Below, one piece after another: positions 1 to 12,929 of a DNA stretch of 64,000 nt. The DNA is taken from assembly GCF_009914755.1 (NCBI RefSeq), contig NC_060927.1; one strand, given 5' to 3'. Position 1 is the first letter of the stretch; every line of letters begins with the position of its first letter. The stretch is from the human T2T-CHM13v2.0 reference genome, Homo sapiens. Position numbers and translations under genes: made by a program. The notes beneath the pieces are model-generated. The model made no database searches and was not told where the DNA came from. It saw only the letters and a list, made by a program, of their open reading frames with translations.

Positions 1-764
1 TGTGATGGGAGGGGCTACTATGAAGGTCTCTGATATGCCCTGGAGACATTTTCCCCATTGTCTTGGTGATTAACACTGCACTCCTCATTACTTATGCAAA
101 TTTCTGCAGCCAGCTTAAATTTCTCCTCAGAAAATGCTTTTTTTTTCTGTCATATCATCAGGCTGCAAATTTTCCAAACTTCTATGTTCTGCTTCCTCTT
201 GAATGTTTGCTGATTAAAAATTTCTCCTGCCAGATACCCCAAATTATCTCTCTCAAATTCAAAGTTCCATATATCTCTAAGGCAGGGGCAAAATGCCACC
301 AGTCTTTGCTAAAGCACAGCAAGAGTCACCTTTGCTCCAGTTCCCAACAAGTCCATATCACTATCAGCATTTTTGTCAAAGCCATTCAACAAGTCTTTAG
401 GAAGTTCCAAACTTTCCCACATCTTCCTGTCTTCTGAGCTCGTCTAGTCTCCAGGGAGTTCCAAACTTTCCCACATTTTTCTGTCTTCTTCTGAGCCCTC
501 CAAACTGTTCCAACTTCTGCCTGCTACCCAGTTCTAAAGTCGCTTCCATAAAACAAAGTCACATCTTGCATGGCAGTAGGCAAGAAAGCATGTGCAGGGG
601 AACTCCTCTTTATAAAACCATCCGATCTTGTAAGACTTATTTACTATTACAAGAAGAGCATGAGAAAAACCCACCCTCATGATTCAGTTACTTCCCTTGG
701 GTCCCTCCCACAACATGTGGGGATTATTACAACTCAAGGTGAGATTTGGAGCTAAACCATATCA
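1..764 (-). mobile_element. THE1 (ERVL-MaLR) internal sequence plus partial 5' LTR, runs off window start
   Basis: 1-550 matches THE1-int (gttccaaactttcccacat, ctttgctccagttcccaacaa). 551-764 is the reverse complement of a THE1 LTR ending aaaccatatca. The int/LTR junction is deleted. ORFs 63-437 and 570-755 fall inside it. Confidence 0.9.
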
Positions 765-1382
765 GTGCTCAATGAGGAAAACTAAAGATGCCTATAATGG
801 ATGAATATATAGAAATTCTCAACAGAAAAACAGAAAACATAAAAAAGAACCAAATGAAATTTCTGTAACTAAGAAACACAGCATCTGAATTAAAGAATTC
901 AATGGGTAGGCTTAACAGTAGCATGGAGATAAATAGGAAAGAGTCAGTGTACTTTAAGAAAGATCAAAAGAAATTATCCAATCTGGGAAAGCTAGAAAAA
1001 AAAGATTCAGAAATTTGAACAGAAATTTAAGAATCTAACATTAAAAGGTCCAACACAACTGTAATTGGAGTCCAGAAGAGCAGAAAGAGAATGAGCCAGA
1101 AAAATTAGTTGAAATAAAAACATTTCTCTGATTTGGTGAAAGACTCAATATTATAGATTCAAAGACCTAAGCAAACGCAGATCAAGGTAAACATAATGCA
1201 AACTATGCCTGATCTCATTATAGTCAAACTTTTGAAAACCAAAGGTAAAGAGAAAATCTTGAAAGCAGCAAGAGAAAAGTGACTCATTACCTACAGGGAA
1301 ACAATGATTCACAAAGCCACTGACTTCTAATTAGAAACCATAGACACCCGAAGATTTTGGAATAATGTCTTTAAAGTGCTAA
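765..1382 (+). mobile_element. Old L1M ORF1 fragment
   Basis: A-rich ORF1-type sequence (aaagaaccaaatgaaat, gagaaaatcttgaaagcagcaagagaaaa, tttaaagtgct). Confidence 0.8.
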
Positions 1383-1384
1383 CA

Positions 1385-1860
1385 TAAGTCATGGAACGAG
1401 GTAAGATCACTAAGGGAGGAGATAGAGAAGAACTGAGTAATTATATAGATGTGATCAGAGAGAAAAGAAAGACCAAGAATGGGAGGTGTCCTGGAAAATG
1501 TATCTAAAAGGAGAGAATGATCAAATGTGTCAAATGCTGCTATTGGACCAAGGGCAGAACACTGACCATTGGATTGAGCAATGCAGAAGTAAATAATAAT
1601 TGCGGCAGGAACAGTTTTGGTGGAATGGCTTAAAGCTTGGTTGCAGTGAGTTTAGGAGAAAATGAGAAAAAAAATTGGAAATAATAAGTAAAGGCAACTC
1701 AAAGAATTTTACTTTGCATAGGGAGAAATGAAATGGAGTACTAGTCAATGTAGAGGTAGGATCAAGAGAAGATTTTGTTTTGTTAGCATGCTAATTAGCA
1801 TAATCCAGTAAACAGCAAGACAAAAGTGAAAATACAGGATAAAAAGGGAGAATTACCCAG
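1385..1860 (-). mobile_element. L2 fragment
   Basis: Purine-rich antisense L2 motifs (gtgtcaaatgctgct, gaccattggatt, cagttttggtggaatgg). Confidence 0.7.
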
Positions 1861-2841
1861 TTTATCAGGTCTGCAGAAGAAAAGAAAACAGCCAGTTGAA
1901 ATAGAATAAAAAAATTGTACACAAAAATATGTAATTTGAATTATCATTTCCCCTCTATATTGCACAAAGTCCTTTGCTTCCTAGCCTTTACTATTTACAA
2001 CTTGGTCATTTTTCAATGTAATATTTGAAAAGTATGTCTATTGAAAATTATGTAAAATTTTATGATTTTGGAGAGTAGTAACTGATTTGTTCTTTTGTGA
2101 TTTTAATTTGTGAACATTCTTTAAACAGTGAATAGGATCTATTTCAAAAACTATCTTTTTAGTTTTAAAAAGCTCAGAATGCATTTTTCTGATAATATTT
2201 TTATTATATGAAGTAGTTTATTCTGGTTAGTTCATAAAATTGTATAAAGTAGCTAAATTGTATTACTGATTATCTGGGAAGTTTCAGGTCTTCAGATTTT
2301 TATTTCTATGGTGAAACTTATTCTAATTTCCAACCCAAGATTCTGGAACACATCTCCCATTATGAAGTGGGCCTCAGGATGGGAGCAGAAACAGAGCCTC
2401 TTGTTCACACTCCACACCCTCATCTTCCAGCAGTGAGGGTAGACTATTAAGGCTCTCATGTCATCAAGGATCGAGGCAATGGGTTAATGGAGACTCTAGA
2501 CATTTGTTTCCTCACCAGTGAAAATTAAATGAAGACCCAGGAATCACTACAGCTATAGGGATGAGAAGGACATTTCAGCAGCTAGAGTGTGGTGGTGAGT
2601 TCCTGGCTACATGGCTGCTTCTGTACAAGAGTGTGCTAAAGTCCTTTTGTGTTGTATAAGCTTATGTGTGCATATGTATGTATGAGCAAATTAGTGGGCT
2701 ATTTTTTTCAGTATATGCTGAAGTCTTGTTAACCTGTAAACCCAACATCTAAAAAATGTCAGTGAATAAACTTTTGTTCAGATATCTGCTACTAAGAGGT
2801 GGCTGTAAATAAACTAAAAGCAGATTTATTCCCACTTATGC

Positions 2842-3514
2842 TTTATTTATTTTTTTAATTTAATTTTTAAAATTTATTATTATGGGTACATAATAGTTGT
2901 CTGTATGTATGCGGTACATGTGATGTTTAGATGCAGGCATACAATGTGTAATGTTCAAACCAGGGTAATTGGGGTAGCCATTGTCTCAAACCATTATTAT
3001 TATTTTAGAACATTCTAATTCCACTCTTTCAATTATTTAAAAATACACATTAAATTAGTGTTAACTATAGTCATTCTATTGTGCTATAGAACACTAGATC
3101 TTATTTCTTCTATTGACTGTATTTTCGTACCCATTAACAATCCTCACTTTATCCCCCAGTTCCCATTACCCTTCCCAGCCTCTGGTAACCATCATTCCAC
3201 TCCATCTTCATGAGTTCATTTTTTTTTTTAGCTCCCATATTTGTGTGATAATATCTTTCTGTGCCTGACTAATTTCACTTAACATAATGTCCTCCAGTTC
3301 TATCCATGTTGCAAATGACATGACTTCATTCCTTTTTATGGCTGAATAACATTCCATTGTGTATATGTGCCATATTTTCTTGATCTATTTGTCCACTGAT
3401 GAACACATAGGTTGTTTCCACAGCTTGGCTATTGTGAGTAGTGCTGTAATAAACATGGGAGTGCAGATACCTCTTTGATATGTTGATTTCTTTTCTTTAA
3501 GCTTTATACCCAGC
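2842..3514 (-). mobile_element. L1MA-class 3' end, 5'-truncated
   Basis: T-rich tail followed by 3'UTR motifs (ccagcctctggtaaccatcatt, tttttatggctgaataacattccattgtgtatatgt, aaacatgggagtgcagata). Confidence 0.9.
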
Positions 3515-5344
3515 ACTCACATATATTTTAAGGTATGTACAGGAAAAGTCCATTTCCGATGCATTCTGTACCTACAAGATTGTTCAGTGATAACTGGTGT
3601 ACGTAAGTAATGATGACACTTGGGACAGGAAAAGAATTCTGAAGAAAATTCTGAATCATTCAAAGTTAAATTATTTTCAGCATAGATTTAATAAGTACTC
3701 TTTGTAAATCTTTGAACATTGGCAAACCATATAATTTTTGTGTGAAAAAATGTTAACCAGAGCAGCAATTATGGGGGTGAGAACTTATGGTTGTGTCCTT
3801 AAGTGGAGAGACACCTTTTTAAGACCTATTGAAGTAGTTTTTGTTTTCTTTTCATTGTTGCTCTTCTGGGTCATTATTATAACTGTCTCCATTCACAATT
3901 TTCTACCTATCTAAAATTGTAAAGCTAATGTTTTTAGATATGCATTGGTCCTTAAGAACTGGATGTACAGTTGCCTATTTGCAAGGACACGGAATGACTT
4001 TAAACTTCCTGGATAAAATATTTTCTATACGTACCAAGAAAGAGCTTGGGTTTAAAATGTTTAGAGTCATTGTGATTATGACTTGTTGAGAGTATGCTTA
4101 TAGCTAAGTAATTTTCTTTCCTTTTTTCAAAAGAAATGGGTACGGAGGTGTATATTCTGAGTCTTACAGAGTCTTAATTGCCTGCCATGAGGTAGTATTT
4201 AGGAACATGATTAAATTGGTTAAGACACATCTAGAGAAAGGAAACCTCCAAGAAGGAATGTACTTGTTAACACTGCTTCTGTGATTGAATTTAAGATTTA
4301 TAGCACTTAAAATTTTTAAAAAATTGCCTGTAGTTTATGTACACGGTGTTAGAGATGAACTGAATTATTCGTAATGTATATTTTATGCTAATTCACTGGT
4401 AAGTTTCTCAAATAATAGTTATTTAAAATTCCTCACTTTTCAGAAACTGCGTATTCTTTAGTACCAAGATCTCTCCCCTGTCATTGTGTTCTTCTAAGAT
4501 ATCACTGGTGCTGTGATCGGGAGCTATTTGTTCAATCATGACCTGTGGGGCTTTCTTAACCTCTTATAAACTTAAGTGCCAATCACTAGGCTGGATATAA
4601 TTACACTTTGGTGATTTCTTTGAGCTTTAAGGGCTAATGAATAGCCTCAAGTATTTAAATAACTGCTTGAACTTTCTTAATTGATACAAACTGTCTGTAA
4701 TAATTCCACTTAGTCTGGTATGCCACCTGAACAGCTTTATCTTGGGTTTACATACTTAATTGATAGTGTTCAATGGTACATGATATTTATATGAGCCTTT
4801 GTCTTACTGAACTGCATGTGAGATAACCATTCTAAGTCATATTTTAAAGCTGTATTCCAACTTCATAAACAAATACATTAGAATCAATGTTTGTGTTCCA
4901 GGCCTGAACAAATATTATTTTATGTCAAATTTTGTTGGTCTTTTGTAAACATACTAAAACATATGCATCCAAATTATGGTTCATATTTTTTCCACGTTTC
5001 AAATTTATGCAAATGCCTATTTACTTTTCCATTAAAATTCAAGTTTTTATGTGAAATAATATGAAAATGTTACAAAATAATTGAATTTATAAGTATTTGA
5101 AGACTTTTATTTTCATTTTAGGGTTTTATTGCTATTCTACATAAAAAATAATCCAGATATATCTGGAGGAATAATTGGGTTCAGAGGCTATTTTCTTTCA
5201 AAAACCAAAATCATAAAATGTACAATCAATATTGACCTGAATCATTATTAATATATGCATTTTTATAATAGAAATTGTAAAGGTAAAAATGATTATAAAC
5301 AAGAAGTGAATTTTAAAATGTCTCATTGAGAATTAACCTTAGCA

Positions 5345-5560
5345 TCCTAGATTTAGACTAGCTAGATATTTCTGTGTATGAATTCTTGTTCTAAAATGTG
5401 CCTGACATGTAACTTTAGGTAAGTTATGAGACTTCTGTGAGCAGCTGTTTCCTCATCTGTAAGATGGAAAATAATGATGAAGACAAGAATAATTATGTTA
5501 AACAGTAAACATTTCTTGATATTTCATGGATACTCAATAAATGCTATCTCATTATTATTC
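5345..5560 (+). mobile_element. MIR
   Basis: Core gtttcctcatctgtaagatgg and 3' end ctcaataaatgctat. Confidence 0.75.
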
Positions 5561-6171
5561 CCACAGGAAAAAAAAAACTCTTACTACTTTTAGTTTCACT
5601 TTGATTGTATCCAGAATTATGATCCAGATTTGGCTTTAGATGACCTTGAACTATTTTCAGACACAAAATTATGCTCCTGAAGTATTAATATCTGATAACA
5701 TTAATGCTATTTAAAATAAACTTTCGGAGAATCTGAAGGGAATTCATTTTTCTGAAAAGTAACTAGTTGAGAAAGTCAAAATGTATTTGAATGTATACAT
5801 TTTGGTATGTTTGAAAACAATGGTGATGGTCTATAATCACTCATATATTGATGTGTTTTTACTTAGTGTTTTGTCTCTTGATAAGCAGAGGATTATAGAA
5901 AATTAAATGTCAATAGGTATTATTAAATCTAACTCATGAAACGGATCATTCCCAGATTGCTGACATATATACTAGTATAAATTTTTTTAAGTGTTTTTGT
6001 TTGATGGTTTTTATTTGTATGTGTGTATGTCTTTTTTTAGTGTTAGCAAGTAGTCTGGTATAGTAAATAATATTCAAAACAAATCTTTGCTACAATATTG
6101 TATAGGTATATGCCTTCAGAGTTCGGTATGACTATTAAGAAATGCTTCAGAATTCAGGAACTTATATATTC

Positions 6172-6571
6172 TGTTACATCAAAGTTAGCCTAAAGCTGCC
6201 TCCTTACATATTAAGTTTGGCCTAAAAGCTTTTCTGTACATCGTGAATTATAGCAAGTCGGGGTGTAAACCTATCATGGCCCACACCTGTGCCAATCACT
6301 GAGTTTTGGCCAGTGAAATGTAGCCAGCTGTTTGAACCATGTTCAAATAAGGCAAATGCTGAGCTGTAACCAATCCATCTGTTTCTGTGTCTCACTTCCA
6401 TTTTCTGTAGGTCACTTTCCTTTTGCTGTCCATAAATCTTCCTCCACCATGTGGCTGTTGCTGGTGTCTCTCTTGAATCTGTTGTGATTCTGAGGTCTGC
6501 CCGGTTGACGGATCATTTATTGGTCAATTAAACTCATTTAAATGTAATTCAGCTGAAGTTTTCTTTTAGCA
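6172..6571 (+). mobile_element. MER57-family ERV1 solo LTR
   Basis: TG...CA termini; ttagcctaaagctgcctccttacata, gttcaaataaggcaaatgctgagctgtaaccaatcc; flanks attc/atac resemble a 4-bp TSD. Confidence 0.88.
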
Positions 6572-6832
6572 ATACTCAGAACTTTTTTTGTCAAAAAGAA
6601 AGCAAGGGATTTGCACATGTCTATATTGTCAGAAAAAAAAATAAAAGGATCTGAGCAAGGTTAAAAAAAAAACCCAAAATGCAAAACTGTATATACATGA
6701 CTCTACCACCTCCATTACTCCTTGGAAACAAATTAATACTTTTGTAGGTTGATAATTTTGGTGTGTATTACCTCTGCTTCCAGAAAATAATACACATAGC
6801 ATAGTTACTTATGTAGAATTTTCTCTTTTCTT

Positions 6833-6950
6833 GGTAGCCAATAGCCACCAAGGGGCTATGAGCACTTGCTATTTGGCTTGTATTACTGAGAAACTGAATT
6901 TTAAATATTTACTATTAATTTCTTAATTCTTACACTTAAATAGCCACCTA
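6833..6950. mobile_element. MER3/MER33-like hAT-Charlie fragment
   Basis: ggctatgagcacttg...actgagaaactgaattttaa...ttaaatagccac. Confidence 0.6.
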
Positions 6951-9337
6951 AGGGTGGGAGACATAATCCAGGACAGCATATTTCCAGATTCATAAGCCAT
7001 TTTCGTATATGGTTACATTTACGCCATGGGTTGCTGCTGACAATGCCCAGAACACAAGTGCCTTGGAGTGCGTATCCCTTAACCAACCCCTTCATCTTGC
7101 AGAAATGGCCCAAGGAGAAGAGTACAAAGCAACATAATGGCAGAGATGATGTTCAGATCTCCAGATATTGTGTCCCTGTCTCAGAGTCGCCAACAGAACT
7201 TAATTTTTCATTTCCTTTTGACAAGTGACGAGCTTGGTAAGATGGTGATAATGGTATTCAACAACCATAATAATTAGACACTATGTCCCTTTTTGCGGTA
7301 CAGTGATAAGAACTGAGAAAAAGGAGACAGAAACAAGGGAGCATTCTTATGACTAGTCTTTGCTCCTTATCACTCCAGTGAGTCTGTTGACAGAAATGGC
7401 CATATTCTTATTCAGCATTATTACTAGGCGTGGTTATGAGTCATTAGTTATCTTGTTATGTGAAAGTCACTAATTTGAGTAACACAATGCCATTTGATAA
7501 AAAATGACATTGGTATAGGAATCAAACAGGGCTACTTTTCAGAATTATTTTCTGATAATAAAATATAAATTATTTTAATAGTAGTAAACTTATTATAAAT
7601 GAAGTACATAAGGTTAGTGATATGGGGATCAAAGGGCTATTGCACATGAATCACTAAACAGAAGTCATTGGGAGACTGACACAAAAATCTGTATGTCTTT
7701 CATTCATTTAAATCCATATTTTTTTCTCTTATTAGCAGAAAATATCAAACAGTTAATATATAAGCAAGTTAGTGCAATGTGCTCTTCAAAGCTAACTTGA
7801 TTATGGTAGAACACAAAAAAATGCCACATAGCTGCTTTTATTTTTCAATCAATATTTCACAATAAATCATCTAGGTTATTCAAATAGTTTTCCCTACTAT
7901 TAAGATTTATTTATAGGATGGCACATAATGAGAAATTCTGACACCTATCATTTAAATAAGAATATTTCCACAATGTTTTTGCAGGAAAAAACTTTCAAAC
8001 ATTTTAGTGCTAAAAACTTTGTGGTAGAATTTTAGTAGATGCTGATAATATTTCTGCCAGAAATTGCAACCAGGCTCCCATTCTACTTAAAGATATTCTT
8101 GAAATTAACAGAGTAGCAAGCTGTTAACTATCTGTAGAGGCTCACCTTCCTTTTACAAACTGTTAATAATACTCTGGCGAGACATATGTGGTCATTTCCA
8201 TTACCAACAAAATTTTCTTTTTAGAAAAAAATGAAAGCTTTGAGCTTTAAATGTTTATATTTTTTTAGACTTGCAATGAAGGCATGTGTCTTTTATTTCC
8301 TCCATATATTGTTTCAAAATTTTCCATTTATATTGTTATTCTCTGAACTTTAGTAATAACTACAGGTTCATATTGAGAAGCTCATCAAATATTGGGAGAA
8401 AACAACAGAAATAATAGCAAGAGCTATTGACTTTAGAAGAACTGAGCCCCAGACAGAGTTCAAAGCTAATTGCTCTTATTTTGAGTTTACATGATAGAAA
8501 TTGGATAACTATATGGATTTGATGTACCAATTTCTTCTTGATATGCAACTTTTAAAAAGTCTATGTAGTTAACCTATTAATATAAAACTGACAGTCATTT
8601 AAATTTGCTGTCTCCCATTCCATTGGAAAGATCTCTGTTTAGAACTACAGGAAATAAGGGCAAGTGTACATATTTCTTGTAATAAACTAATAATAAAGGG
8701 ACAGATATCACTACCACATTGTAAATTATACAGTAAGTCTTAGGTAATTTATTTAGTACCTTAAACACCCAGGAAATTTCACTAGTTGACAGCAATTGAA
8801 AATGCAAATTAATTGTGTACTCCATCCCACATCTGAAATAAAAGAAAAATGCCAGAAATAGACTAATTCTGGTTTCCTTTTGAATATCATGTTTTAATTT
8901 CTTTTATGTTTCTTTAATCTTTTCAGCAGTGCTTAAGGATTTGGAAGATGCTGATTAAAGCATTTCCTCTGATTAATTATATTTTGGCTTTCAACTGTTT
9001 TTTATTTTAAAATCAAGTGCACACACATTGTCTGGATTATATGAGCATCTGCTCTTCCCAGTCTCTGCAAATATTTATATAAATCTAACTGCCACCCTGA
9101 TCTCTCCAAGTTCTCACTGCTTAGCTAATCCTGATTGCATCCCCTCATTAAGCCATCTTCAGGATATGGAAACTTAAATAAAACAGATGAACAACCTACA
9201 TTTCAGGGATATTTGTGTACGTGGCTTGCCACTTAATTCATGTTATTAAATTCTCAGAATTCATTCTAAAATCACAGGGTTTCCTTTACCTCTGCTTTCT
9301 TTAATTATACATTTGATTATTATTAATCTAAAAATTA

Positions 9338-11695
9338 CAGGCATACCTCGTTTATTGTGCTTTGCTTTACTGAGCTTCACAGATATTACATTTTTATAAA
9401 TTGAAGGTTTGTGGCAACTCAGCATTGAGAAGTCTATCAGTGCCATTTTTTCATCAGCACATGCTCACTTCATGCCTCTGTGTGACACTTTGGTAATTCT
9501 CACAACATTTCAAACTTTTCCATTATTATTATATGTCCTGGTGATCTGTGATTAGGCCTCTTTGATGTTACTGTTATAATTGTTTTGGGATGCCACAAAC
9601 TGCACTCACATAAGACAGTGAGCTAGATAAATGTTGTATGTGCTCTTGACTTCTCCATCAACTGGCCATTCCCCCGTCTCTCTTTCTTTAGATCTCCCTA
9701 TTCCCCAAGACAGAATATTGTTGAAATAAGTTCATTTAATAACCCTACAATGACCTCTAAAGTGTTCAAATGAAAGGAAGAGCTGCACGTCTCTCACTTT
9801 AAATAAAAAACTAAAAATGATTAAGTTTAGAGAGAAAGGTATGTTGAAAGCTGAGGCAGGTTGAAAGTTAGGCCTCTTGCAGCAAACAGCCAACTGGAGA
9901 ATGCAAACAACAGGTTCTTGAAGGGAATTAAAAGTGATACTCCAATGACTACACAAATAATAAAGTGAAACAGCCTTATTGCTGATATGGAGAAAAATTT
10001 GGTGGTCTGGATAGACTATCAAACCAGTCACAACATTCCCTCAAGCCAAAGCCAAATCCAGAGCAAGGCTTCTAACTCTCTTCAATTCTACGAAGGCTGG
10101 AAGAGGTGAGGAAGCTGCAGAAGAAAAGTTTAAAGCTAGAAGAGGTTGGTTATAAGATTCAAGGAAAGAAGCCATCTCCATAACATGAAAGTGCAAGGCT
10201 AAGCAGCAAGTGCCAATGGAGAAGCTGCAGCAAGTTTTCTAGATCTGGCTAAGATCACTGATGAATGTGGCTACACTAAACAGATTTTCAATGTAAATGA
10301 AACAGCTTCATAGTGGAAAAAGAATCCATCCAGGGCTTTCATATCTACAAAGGAGAAGTCAATGTCTGGCTTCAAAGCTTCAAAAGACAGGCTGACTCTT
10401 GTTAGAGGTGAATGCAGCTGCTGACCTTCGGTGGAGCCAGGGCTCCTTTACCATTTCAAAAATTGTAGAGCCCTTAATAATTATGCTAAATTTACTCTTC
10501 CTGTGCACTAGAAATGGAACAACAAAGAACTGGATGACAGCAATCTGTTTACAGGGTGATTTATTGAATATTTTAATGCCAATGTTGAGAACTACAGCTC
10601 AGAAAAAAAATTTCTATATTTTTCACAATATTTTCAAAACGTTTGAAAATATTACCATTTATTAACAATGCATCTGGTCACTCAGGAGCTCTGATGGAAC
10701 TGTACAAGGAGATTAATGTTGTTAAGCCTGCTTACACAACATCCATTCTGCAGCACATAGATTAAGGAGTAATTTTATTTTTTAAGGAATACATTTTGTG
10801 AGGCTATAGCTGCCATAGATAGTGATTCCTCTGGTGGGTCTAGGAAAGTTAAATTAAAAACCTTTTTGAAAGGATTCATCATTCTAGATGTCATTGAGAA
10901 CATTCATGATTTATGGAAAGAGGTCAGATATCACTATTAACAGGAAATGGAAAGAGTTGATTCCAACCCGCATTGAGAAATTCAAGACTTCAGTGGAAGA
11001 AGTAATTGCAGACGTAGTGGAAATAGCAAGAAACTAGAATAGAAATGGAGCCTGAAGATATGACTGAATTGCTGCAATTTCATTATAAAACTTGAATGGG
11101 TGAGGAGTTGCTTCTTATGGATGAGCAAAGAAAGTGGTTTCTTGTCTACTCCTGGTGAAGATGCTAGGAACATGGCTGAAAGGACAATGAAGGATTTAGA
11201 ATATTACATTAACTTAGTTGATAAAGCAGTAGCAGGGTTTGAGAGGATTCATTTTAATTTTGGAAGAAGTTCTAATGTGGGTAAAATGCTATCAAACAAC
11301 ACTGCATGCTACAGAGAAGTCTTTCATGAAATCAATGCAACAAACTTTACTGTTTGCCTTATTTAAGGAATTGCCAGTCATCCCAACCTTCAGCAAACAT
11401 TACCCTGATCAGTCAGCAGCCATTCACATTGAGGCAAGAGCCTCCATCAGCAAAAACATTCCCATTCATGGAATGCTCAGATGATTGTTAGAATTTTTTA
11501 GCAATAAAGTGTTTTAGATGAAAGTATGTACACTTTTCTAGACATAATGCTATTGCACAATTAATAGACTACAGTGTAAACATAATTTTTGTATGTACTG
11601 AGAAACCAAAACATTATTTTGACTCACTTTATTGTAATATTTGCTTTGTTGCAGTGGTCAGGAACAAAACAGGCAGTGTCTCCAAGGTATACCTG
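9338..11695 (+). mobile_element. Tigger1 DNA transposon (TcMar-Tigger), near full length, transposase disabled
   Basis: Begins caggcatacctcg and ends ccaaggtatacctg (TIRs) with TA on both sides. 2358 bp. Fragmented transposase frames (e.g. [20 protein letters not shown] in ORF 11100-11366). Confidence 0.96.
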
Positions 11696-12929
11696 TATTT
11701 TGGATATAAAGACCTTTTCAAGATGATTTACTGTTTTGTATATCTTCTATCCTTTTAATATGACTGAAAATTTAGAATTTATTAGGAAGTTGAAATACAG
11801 AGTTTATTAGGAAGTTGAAATACAGGAGATACATGTTGAGTATCTCCTGTATTTGCTTTTCCCTTTATTCTTAGTATTTTGTTCCTCTTTTATCTCTCTA
11901 TGGGCTAAGAGAATATAAAGAAATAGTACCTCTCCACAAAGATGGAATGCAAATACTTTCTATAAAGACTTTCTTTCACCTGGGTTTCCTTATCTAATTA
12001 CAGGTTTTATATGGGGACAGTACTTTAATCTGGGGCCTTCGCTTTATTTCATGCTTTGATACAGACTGAGAGACATCTATTTGACTTCGTTTTACAAATT
12101 GTCCTTTGACCATGTAGTTTCTGTAGACAGAATGATTTTTTTTATTGTAAATATCTAAGACTGAGAATTTCTGTTCTTGCAGCTTTATGTAATTATGTTC
12201 AAAGGGGTTTGAATTAAAATAGAACAGATGTGTCCATCTTTAATTATGGTGTAACAAATTGTGTTACTCTAAGGCTTTATCAAGTGAGACACTCATCTTT
12301 ATGTAATAATGGGTCAGACAGTTTCGAAACGGTATCAGTGAACACAGTGTATTGCCTATTCTACTTAGACTTCAAAAGGGCTGTCAAAACTCAGAGGATG
12401 TACAGGTGATCCAGAAGACACTATAGAAAATATATATATTTGTTTTTTATTCTAAGTTAAGTGAAACATATGATAAATCTAAATGTCATCTAAGTAAGAC
12501 AGAAAAGCTAACATTTGACTTAACAGATATATCTAAAGAGTAGTGAGAACATTCAGCTCTCTGTATTGGAAAATACCATTTTAGGGTTTCCTGAAAACCC
12601 TTTTGTATTCTTTTGAGTAAACACTCTCTTAATCAATAAGTGGCCAGAAAAGCCCTTTTTTGGGCATCACATTCAAGTCAGTACAACAAAGTCCTTTTTA
12701 CTAGCTGTCAGCTACTTAGAGAATCAAAAAATAGTAAGAAGAATATGGACAAGTACAAATCTGTGAAATGAGCCCCATCTCAATGTTTCTATTGCTGTGA
12801 GTTGTACCACAGTCCTTTTATGCTTGTGGATATATCCAATTCTTTTATGTTTTTTTCTTTCTGCCCTTTCCCAATATGTCACCATTATTATTTTTATTCC
12901 CGAATTGTTTTATTGAGATACTCTTTTTG

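Noticed and set aside
1783-1802. Overlapping palindromes ttagcatgctaa / atgctaattagcat (POU-like)
   Set aside because: Short, AT-rich and inside an L2 relic; no support for function
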